Of a stretch of DNA of 64,000 bases, positions 38,492 to 48,073 are shown piece after piece. The translations under genes were made by a program, and so were the position numbers. Source of the stretch: Orbicella franksi (Eukaryota); assembly GCA_964199315.1 (NCBI GenBank), contig OZ116703.1, forward strand, positions 17,174,001 through 17,238,000, in the 5' to 3' direction. The notes under the pieces are model-generated. The model was not told the DNA's origin. It ran no database searches and saw only the letters and a program-made list of their open reading frames with translations. Each line of letters starts with the position of its first letter. Position 1 is the stretch's first letter.

Positions 38492-38741
38492 AGGAATGAG
38501 CCAGTACTTGGATCTCCAGTAGGCGGTGATTATGGTCAGCGGCTTTTCTATGATTCATCTACACCGGGGGATTCACCACGGCCTTCTGATGACAGACGGT
38601 CAGTGAGCGATTCACCAAGGTCTTCCCATAAAAGTTGGTCAGACTATTACAATGATGTCGCTCCGCCCGATTATGACGATTTTTCCCTTGCAAGTCAACA
38701 GCGAAAGCCGCCGAAATATTTGAATCAATAGGCATCAGTGA

Positions 38742-38806
38742 TTATGTTTCGACTGATAGTATTATAAATATCACTGATATTTATAATACTATCAGTCGGA
38801 ACATAA
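38742..38806. repeat. Near-perfect 65-bp palindrome (32-bp arms, 1-nt loop)
   Basis: ttatgtttcgactgatagtattataaatatca-c-tgatatttataatactatcagtcggaacataa; 31 of 32 pairs Watson-Crick plus one G-T. Confidence 0.95.
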
Positions 38807-38864
38807 GCTAGGGTGGGGAGGGGTCAGGGTGTCTGTATAAGACAAGGCAGACGCTGAGAAGTGA

Positions 38865-39289
38865 TGTCAGACATCTCGGAGAATGATTTAATACACGAAC
38901 AATGACAGGGAGTTAATAATTGTTCAAAGAATTTAACGTTTTGCTATTTATAGTTGGAGCACACTGATTGGAGTACAGCTCAGGGAATGAACTAAGGAGG
39001 TCTGTGAGAACCTTTCTTTGGCCAGAAAAGAAGGCCAGTAGTCCAGTCCTTGAACCCTCTCGAACTCTCCGGACCCTTCTCCGCTATATATAGGAGTTCA
39101 ACCCAGATGGGAGAACGATCTCTCTTCTCCCTCCTGGGTTCAACCCTTGTATCGAGCGTGGAAGGGAGTGTTTAGGGACTGGACTAGATAGCTAGCTAAT
39201 AATCAATCAGAATCGATAGTTATCTGTTTATCAGTAATTTCGGCTTAGCTGATGTTATAAAAGTTGCCGAGTCTTCGTATAATCTGACA
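38865..39289 (-). mobile_element. Putative solo LTR
   Basis: 425 bp bounded by TGTCAGA...TCTGACA. On the minus strand it has TATAAATA and an ATTAAA near the 3' end. No TSD found (agtga vs tacca). Confidence 0.45.
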
Positions 39290-40852
39290 TACCAAAATAA
39301 TAACAACAACCTTATCTTAGACTGATTGTTCACGATACCAATGGATGATCTTTCGTTCACATACAACAAAAAGACGTCTTTTTTTTTCGATTCCGTATTT
39401 CGCAAAATTGTAGATCTAGTTTTAGCGTTTATTTCTTTAAAGCAGAAATCTTTCTTTAAAAAAAAAATGGGAATTGAAAGATATATCTTCAGTAAAAATG
39501 TAGTGTAGAGGGGGGAGGGTGGAGGAGGAGGAAGGAGAGGAGGAGGGGAGGAAAGAAATTGGGAGACTTCGACTGGAAACTATTATGGAACCTGGTACCC
39601 ACCTCCTGTTTCTAAATCCTCCTGTCCCCCCGCCCCTTCCGTCACCCCGACGCATTTTGGAGCAGCGATTCCGAGAGTAGAATACGTCATTCCAGATTTA
39701 GTAAGTTTTGAACTTAATTTTTCACCAAGATGTTGCACGTGTAAAATATCTTAGCCAAGTATATCGTATTGCTTAGTATATAAAAAGGTATGTAGTTTAG
39801 CTAAGCGTTTCCTAGATTCGACTACATTGTATGGAAATATGTGCTCTCAGATTACAATTGACAATGTAAAATGTTTTGCAACAAATATCGCGTTTACAGT
39901 AAAAATGTGAGGTGTTGCTGTAGTTCACCTACATGTTTGTGACTTTGTGCGCGCGTGCACTCGCGAGGTCCACACGCAGCTAAGTTTGGCCATTGTTTAG
40001 TCTCAAAATGATCTGATGATTATCTTGTTTCTCTATACCGAATCTCTACATTGTAGTCACGAAAGTACGTTGATTAGCATACGAAACGTCAAGATCATAA
40101 AATGCACGTTTTTAAAATGTTTATCACCGCTGTTTGTGTTATATTTTTAATCAAAGTAAAAGTGATTTAGTCTTGATAGACTACCAAACTCTCGCATCTA
40201 ATGTTGTAAGAAAATGTATGTTAGACAGGTACCAGCAAAACATTTTTTTTTTCAACCTTTTTTGTTGCGGATAATAAATGTTAATCGAAACAAGAAAAGC
40301 ATCGCTTTTATACCGGGCTTTTGGTTAAAGCCTTCGTTAATAACTTTAAACTGTGAAGTGTGTAGCTTTGACCATCGAGTTATGGGCTATAAATTAAACC
40401 AGAGTGAATGAATGGAGGACGACGAAGAAAAAAAAAAAAACGAATATGATCCACGTTCTCTCCGATCGAAAACCTCTCCAAGTACTTTCTAAACTAGCCC
40501 TGGAGCAACAAGTTATAAACTCGTACCTTTTGATGCTGGTCAACCAAATATTTTATTATTTCGTCAGGTAAAGGGCTGTAGAGATCAGCTCCAGTCCTGA
40601 ATATACTAAAGCCACGCCATAAACGGAAGAAGATAGAAATCCGTCTGCGTTCGCAGGGTACTTTCGTGTCCACATACACTGTGGTCCGCGTTCTTTATCA
40701 GGACGCCCAAAAGAAAGATCACCGCGCTCCGCCATAGACACGCCGCGTCCTTCATGACTTCACAGAGTGTTGCTTCCCATACTTATATCTTAACCGATAA
40801 ACAATAACGGCATAGAAAATGTAGGTTTACATTACAGCCAAGAATGTCATTG

Positions 40853-41377
40853 AATACCACATGTGGCACTAAATTTGTGCAGGAGTTTATTTTTGCGAAT
40901 CGGCGATTTTTTTGTATTTTGCGGAACTAATTTTTGCTATTGAAAATATTGATTTTTCTTGCTGGATCCTAATTGTTTCGATTGTCGGGAAGTTGCATTT
41001 AATTGAAAATACAACATTTCCGCATTTTTCAAATTAAAGTTCATGCAGTTGACAAGTGAAAGAAAATGTAGAGATGTAAAACACAAACACACAAGTAATC
41101 AGTGTCACTCTATTGTAGAATGCCCTTCTGAATGTATTATCTTTGGACGATCCTTTCCTGTACTTTTTTTTTTATTTCTGAACGTTTTGTTTCTCATTCT
41201 ATCGTTTTGACGTTTTCAATAAATGGCAGCAGCAAGATTCTACTTGTGATATTTTTATGTGTAATTTCGCCAGTGGAGTAAGTTTTTGCGGGAATTTTAT
41301 TTTGGGGGAACGTTTCTTGCGGATCACTGTAAAAACTGCAAAAATTAGAACCCGTCAAAATTTTGTGCCACACGGTA
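40853..41377. mobile_element. MITE (TACCGTGTGGCAC family) interrupting the promoter-homology block upstream of copy 4
   Basis: Ends accacatgtggcactaaatt / aaaattttgtgccacacggta; absent from the homologous block 28670-29114. Boundaries approximate. Confidence 0.6.
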
Positions 41378-41709
41378 CAATGCCCAAATATAGATGGCAA
41401 GATGAAAGTTAATGAAAAACTCAGCCACGTGGTACATATTCTCCAGAAACTGAAATCCGAAACTTGATCATTTTCTTTATTGGTAAAGGAAAATAAAAGA
41501 CGTATAATGCATGCGCAAGCCATATTTAATTAAGTTTCAGTAATGATGGATTATGTAAAGCTTTCAAAAACGCAAAAATACTTATGCATAAATAGAGCAA
41601 AAATAATGCTAGGGTGATTCTAAACCTTATGTGCCTGTGGAGGAGGTTTCGTGACGGTTACACAACGAGTACTTTGAAGTTGGAACATTTTGAGGACGAT
41701 TCTATCAAG

Positions 41710-44700
41710 ATGGGAGTTCGCGGGCTGACCAGCTACGTCAACTCAATCGAAACTCTCTGGAAACGTCAGACCAAGCTCAAAAACACAAAACTTATCATAG
41801 ACGGGTCCGGCTTATGTAACGATCTTTACAGGAACGCCTTCGACTGTCGACATGGAGGCCAGTACGAAGAGTTCCACAACGCTGTACTTTCGTTTTTCAA
41901 TGCGCTTGATTCTAATGGTGTAGAATCCTTTGTAGTCCTCGATGGTGCACAACATGCAAGCGGCAAAAAGTTAGAGACACACAAGAAAAGGGCAAATCAG
42001 AGGATCGAAACATCTTGTGCCTTAGCCGAGAATCGGGCACCAGAAAAGGGCGAAGACTTTCTACTTCCGGCTTTATCGAAGCTTGTGTTTCTGCAGGCGC
42101 TGATGGATCATAGCGTCAAATTCGCGGTCTGCGACAGGTAGGATGCAATATTACAGTATTAAATGTTAGCATAATAGTCGAATGGTTAGCTGACTTGGAG
42201 ACTGTTACCAGCGACTGGACATATCTCCTTCGTTGTATGGCGAGAATAAAATTTGCCGAGCGAACATAAAGGATGGTTACATCTTGTCGATGTCAGCTGT
42301 CAGCTCTCAGAATGAACTAAATAATCTACATTTCAATTGATTTCACCAATTTCAGAATATTAGAATATTAGACTGCGTAGCAAACGCTGGAGCAATAGGA
42401 AGCGAATTAGAGCGGCGTAAGAGTGAGAAAACGTTCGCGGGCGGAGGCACGTGAGGTGAAGGAACAGAAGGAAATGAGGTGCTTATTCCACTTGTCGCGT
42501 GCGTCTCCACGCGAACTCGCGCCTTTTCACGATCACTCGAGCGTCTGCTAAGCAGACTTCATTTTAATTCATGCTAGCGCAAACATTCTTGGTTCTCGAT
42601 CTTCCGACGAGGCATGACATTTCATTGAATAGAGGATAATGGATTGAGCAAATGCATTGGGTGACGTTAGTGATATTGTTTCAGTTTCCAGGCCTTTTAA
42701 TTCTTTTAAACCTGAAGGATTTATTTCAAATAAACAACTAGCGTAGCTTACCCAGGATGACTGTAGACGTGGCGAGAATTGTACCGTGATTTAGAAAATG
42801 GAAAGGAAGGAAGGGAAGTGGGGGAGCGACGAGGTCGTTACCTCTACTTTCTTCCTTGCCCCCGTGGGGGGACTCCCATATGAAAAGGTCGGGGATACTC
42901 GTCGGAAAATTTGAATTAAACCCCCGAAAAGAGTTTGGGCGTGGCTCGAGCTTTATTTGATCCCTTAAAGATACTACTTAAAACGAAATAGGCTTCCGCT
43001 CAGTAAAAAGGACTGGAGAGACCTTCAGAAACCGGGCTTAAAAACGGAAAGAAGAGCGTTTTTAATTATTATTTCTTTGAGTACGTCTCGTCATAAACAG
43101 AGACCAGAGACCAGAATCCTTGATTTATACCTCTAAAGGCTGGTTTTCACTAGCGACGGAGTCGGAGTCGGAGTCGTAGTCAGAGACGTAAGAGTGCTTA
43201 CGACCTAGTGAAAATCGAAAATCGGAGTCGTAAGCGGAGTCATAAGCTCGACGGAATCGGAGTCGGAAGAATCAGAACGTTTCCATTTCTTCCGATTCCG
43301 TTTACGACTCCGTCGCTTATGATCCAATGAAAACTAGATTGTCGGAGTCGGAACCAGAAGCGGAAGAACCAACCAATCACAAGGCCCAGAATGGATCATT
43401 GTAATTGGTTTATTCTTCCGCTACAGCTTCCGACTCCGACAATCTAGTTTTCACTGGATCGTAAGCGACGGAGTCATAAACGGAATGGTTGTTCTTCTTC
43501 CGACTCCGTCGGTTTGATTTTCACTAGTTCGTATCACTCTACGCTTCTGATTATGACTCCGACCACGACTCCGTCGCTAGTAAAAACCAGCCATGAGCGA
43601 GACGACGACCATCACTGACCTTTTCATATCAAAGTTTCCCCCCCTTCTCCCCCCCCCCCCCTCTCCCGGGGATGAATTTCATGACAAAAGGATACAGCTG
43701 CCTGGTTGCAACAAGCTTGTCTAAGTACATCTTTATGTTTCTTTCAGCGAAGCAGACAATGAAATCGCCTCCTTGGCCAGCGCTTGGAACTGCCCTGTTT
43801 TAGGCAATGACAGCGACTTCTTTATCTTTGATATAAAAGACGGCTACATCCCACTTTCTTCTTTCAACTGGAAGGCTGATGGGTTAACTGCCGACATTTT
43901 CTATCGAGAAGAACTGGCATCGCACTTTGGAATCCGCGCAGAATTTCTTCCTTTGTTCGCTTCTTTGGTGGGGAATGATTACGTCAGTTTCGAGGTATTG
44001 GCAGAGTTTAGACCCACACTGAATCGCGGAAAAGCGTCAAGATTTGCAAGCATTGCTAACATTCTATCGGACTCAAGGACAGAAGAAGAGGCGCTCGAGT
44101 CCGCGCTACGAATGGTAGGGTCAGCGGTAAGCAGAGATAAACTAAGACAAGCTGTCGACCATTCTCTCCAGGAATACAAGATCACAGAGTCAAATTTACT
44201 GCACTTTTTCGATAGTGGTGTGGTCGACAGCTCCTTGAGGACTCAAAATGGCCGTAAAATTGAAGAATGGATCTTGCTCAAGTTTCGCAAGGGACTGTTC
44301 TCCGCCAAATGTATGAACGCCTTGACAACGGGGAAAATCCTTCTCAGAACTCAGGTTGAAAACTGTGAGGAAGTATCGGCTAATCAGTGCTCTCAGCGCC
44401 TGAGGAAAGTCATGTATGGCATTTTAAACGATGCTGCAGCTCACGACGGGAGAGGAAATATAACGATGGTCCAAGAATGGGACAGAGAGGGCTTAGAGGT
44501 CAAGTCGTCAAATGTGCCACCCTACCAGGAGGGCGTGGTCGCTAGAGTGAGTCTCATTCCGCGCTTCGAGAAAGAAGTAAGATTAGAGATTTTGTTAAAT
44601 GCGCTTGATTTAAACACAGCTTGCATCAAGTCCTTGCCGGAGAAGTTTAAATTAATTGCAGCGTCACTACGTTTCCTCGTTAATAACGCTCAGCCAATGT

Positions 44701-45873
44701 TAAAGGTGAACCATCTCGTCTCTTTACTCTGCTGTTGTCTTATTTTGGAAGACGATTCCACTGAACATAAAGGAAACGCTGAGACCAGTACGTTTGATCT
44801 AGGAGCGGCACAAAGCTTTTCTCAGTGGCAGTGTGTTTTGAGGGACGCCATTGATCTTAACTTCATTTTGTGTGAGCCCTTAACTACACTGTGTGTTCAC
44901 AAGACGTTCAATGGAAAACTGGCTCATAGTCTGCAGGAAAAGTTAAATCAAGGTATATCTTTCCGGTACAAATGCGTACAGACAATTTGTTTTAAAATCT
45001 GACAAATATCGAGAGTGTCAAGGCTGTGTAGCTCTCTCTCCTAGTCATTTAATGCTAAAATCTTACTCCAGACCAAAAGGACTTGAAAGCCACATCCTTT
45101 GGCACCACGCACACCAATATAGCTTATATTAGGGCGTACCCTCTGGGGGTCCTAGAAATGGAACACACCAAGCTAACACAGTCGTGGGAAAAGGATTCCG
45201 GATATGGTTGGATTACCGTCTCCGAAAATTGACTCGGCTTGTAATTTTCGTCCAAGAAGCGTCAGCCAATTGGCCATTTCCGAGTTAGGTTGTGCCTCTG
45301 TTTCAAAATGAGTCCTCGTGCAAAGTCTTTCATATGAAGATGTATTTGATTTGCACGAAAGTGAACCTATAGCAGAATTGTTGTGCATCAAGTCTCATTT
45401 TGATATAGAGGCACAAGGGAACTCGGCAATGGCCTATTGCCATGTACTCGCTGACTGGTTGTTCTAGCATGAGGGAATTTTCACGGGGCGCAACTGTTTT
45501 CTACTTGCTGCTGTAATCGACTTTGCTTTAAGTAGGCTCTACTCTTTTCCTGGATGTTTCTTATCATCGGTTGTAGAGAATAAAACCTTCTCTTCTCTTC
45601 GCTTCTAGATTCAAATTATATAAACATCACTACATGCTATATTGAGAAACAGAATGAGAACTGTTTGCTTTACATCTTTCAGGTCGAACCCCAGAAGAGC
45701 TGCTTCCATCCTTTAGAAACCAGTTGTTTTACAAAGAACTTAACAACGCAGTAACTGATGGCTTACAGGCAAAGCTGATCAGTGATGAGGGGCAGAAAAG
45801 TTTCTGTATTTATTTTGTTGTCGTATTGCTAGTGGTATTTTGTTGCGTCGGATTCTCTCTTCTTCGAGTATGA
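41710..45873 (+). CDS. ASTE1: ASTE1 copy 4 with predicted C-terminal transmembrane anchor, 607 aa
   Basis: Exons 41710-42137, 43748-44952, 45683-45873 total 1824 nt in frame. Catalytic motifs intact. Last exon GRTPEELLPSFRNQLFYKELNNAVTDGLQAKLISDEGQKSFCIYFVVVLLVVFCCVGFSLLRV*. Confidence 0.88.
43138..43592. mobile_element. Harbinger-like MITE in intron 1 of copy 4
   Basis: TIR GGCTGGTTTTCACTAGCGACGGAGTCG / CGACTCCGTCGCTAGTAAAAACCAGCC; absent at the homologous position of copy 3 intron 1 (about 34630). Confidence 0.7.
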
Positions 45874-45914
45874 AAGAAATTACTGCCGTATATTTCCCCC
45901 ATTACGAACAACTT

Positions 45915-46193
45915 AGGCCCAGTGCACACTACAACACCTGAGGAATTTGAAATTACACGGGGGTTTCACTCTGAAAAATCATCAAATGTTTTCCATTCAC
46001 ACTACGCCGGAGAAATTTCAAAACGCAACAATAAACCAATCATTTTGGATTTGTGTTTGAGGAAAACTCGGTCAGCGAAATCACATTACTATCGTGATGT
46101 TATCGTTTTGGAAAAGCCCCGTTCTAGGTAGGCCTAGCCGTAGAAATAAAGTTGCGTTTTCAAATTGTTCCGGCGTGGTGTGGACGCTGCCTT
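45915..46193. mobile_element. MITE (ggcccagtgcacactac / gtggtgtggacgctgcc ends)
   Basis: Imperfect inverted termini with internal cacactacgccggagaaattt repeats. Confidence 0.5.
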
Positions 46194-46470
46194 GAAAGTA
46201 TTCCCGTCGCGTTTATATCCAAGCTTATATAGTTTGGTGTCGTTTGGTTATATCGGATTTTCTCTGCTACGAGCATGAATCTTTTCTAGTATGCATTTCA
46301 TTTCTCATGTCACGATTCGACAGAAAGTATTCCCGTCGCGTTTATGTCTAAGCTTACATAGTTTGGTGTCGTTTGGTTATATCGGAATTTCTCTGCTACG
46401 AGCATGAATCTTTTCTAGTATGTATTTCACTTCTCATGTCACGATTTAACGGAAAGGATTCCAGTTGCGT
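46194..46470. repeat. Tandem repeat, 129-bp unit, about 2.1 copies
   Basis: gaaagtattcccgtcgcg starts at 46194 and 46323; a degenerate third start is at 46452. Confidence 0.9.
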
Positions 46471-48073
46471 TATTTTGTTAGATCTTAGTTTTAAGTCGTT
46501 ATCAACGAAATAATCTGGGTGTAAGATCATAACTGTCCTTGAAAAACCACAAGGAATGACGAGTAAGGGGAAAAAAATATATTTAAATATATGTTTATTT
46601 GTTCGTTAGAATAAAGAAAATATAGCTATATACAAGAGTAATAGTAAGTCATTTTACACTGAATTTCATGGCTGTCTTCAGCAATTGATATATACTATTT
46701 ATGACATATAACAAGGCTCCTCTATGTATTCCAAAATGATTACATCAATTTCTAATTTTTCTCCAGAACTGGAAATTCAAATCGTAAAAAGCAATCTAAT
46801 TCATACGCTATTCTATCGTCAGATCGGTGAATATAATTTTCCTGCAACACTGAACCCTAATAAACAATCGACTCTTAATGCCGACATACAAGCAGCTAAG
46901 CCCTAAAACGGACAAAACCATCAGTGTTCCTAAGATAGTAAATGGAATTTACCTAAGAAGTCACAATTCTGCAAGGAAAATCAAAATTTAAATCGAATTT
47001 TGACCGCAAAACTTAAGGTTTCAGCAAAGAACTGAAACGTTACTTGTTTTAAGAAAATAAATATTCTATGATTCTTCGAGGCAGCAAGCTTCTTTAAAGA
47101 TCCCGCGGTTTTTCGTCAAAACGTTGCCAAGCAAAGCCATTCGTTGCTAAGGACCATGAATTATCGCCCTTGTCCTATTTTTCTGACTGGATAATATGTG
47201 GATGATTCTAAGAATTTAGCAAAAAAAGACACTTGCTGATGTGAAAGAATGGCAGGCTTAAAATAAATGCCCCATAAAAACGTTTCAAAGATTAAAAGTA
47301 ATACAAAATAAATATAATTGCCCCCAGTTAAGATATCTCGGAACCACTGAGATATTATAAAAAGTTCTATGAAAGACAAAAAAAACTTACACATAACTAG
47401 CGTACAAACTCTGCACGGGACAGTATATCATACCTAAAATTATTTGATATTTCTCTCCACTATTTGAATTGTGTTAAAAAATGTTCAAAACTTTACCTTG
47501 TAATCGTGAATTAAGCCTGCTCCAATTTCATTCCAATCTGCTTGAAAATGAGAATTACATTGAATACGCGATGCTGCAGTCGATCAATGACCTTTTGATT
47601 CCTGTGTGACATCTTTATGTTGGTTTTCCATTGCTAAGCCAATCAAAAGGTAAGTTAGTCAATGAAGGCAGGGTAAGCAAAGTAACCGCAAGCTACTGAC
47701 CGAAAAGTTTGGAAAACCAACAAAAAGTTGTCCGGAAGTTGTACTTGCAGATAACGATTCTTTGATTGGCTCGAAATTTTAGAAAACCAACACAAACATG
47801 CCAAAAGCCCTCAAAGGTGTGGCGCCTTTAGACGTAAATATGCAGGCTAAGCGGGGCAGAGGGGAGACTGGTCTTGTTTCATCTGATTCTCCTCTTTTCC
47901 TTTTAAGTCACGTGATAACGTCTTGACCAATAACACCATTGTGGTAAACATCGCCCAGTCATAAAGCATGTCCATTGCCATGTTTGCGTAGAGGTTACAG
48001 CTCGTTAACTTATTTCATCCAGGCGATCGTTACAGTTACTTTTACCGTGGTTTGATCCAATCCAACTCTCCAT

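Noticed and set aside
38742-38811. Helitron 3' end (hairpin followed by CTAG)
   Set aside because: The hairpin is long, AT-rich and directly adjacent to CTAG rather than a short GC-rich stem about 10 nt upstream. One arm is homologous to host copy 2 sequence, and no Rep/helicase or 5' TC end was found.
40606-40755. 49-aa minus-strand ORF resembling a signal peptide (MKDAACLWRSAVIFLLGVLIKNA...)
   Set aside because: No downstream exon could be linked, there is no counterpart in the homologous copy2-copy3 interval and no recognisable family; probably chance or promoter sequence.
17706-45873. The four ASTE1 copies as falsely duplicated haplotypes around the N gap
   Set aside because: Copies differ by many amino-acid changes, different tails and private intronic insertions, far beyond allelic divergence. 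The transposon spanning the gap has matching TIRs and TTAA on both sides. Long reads would still be the final test.
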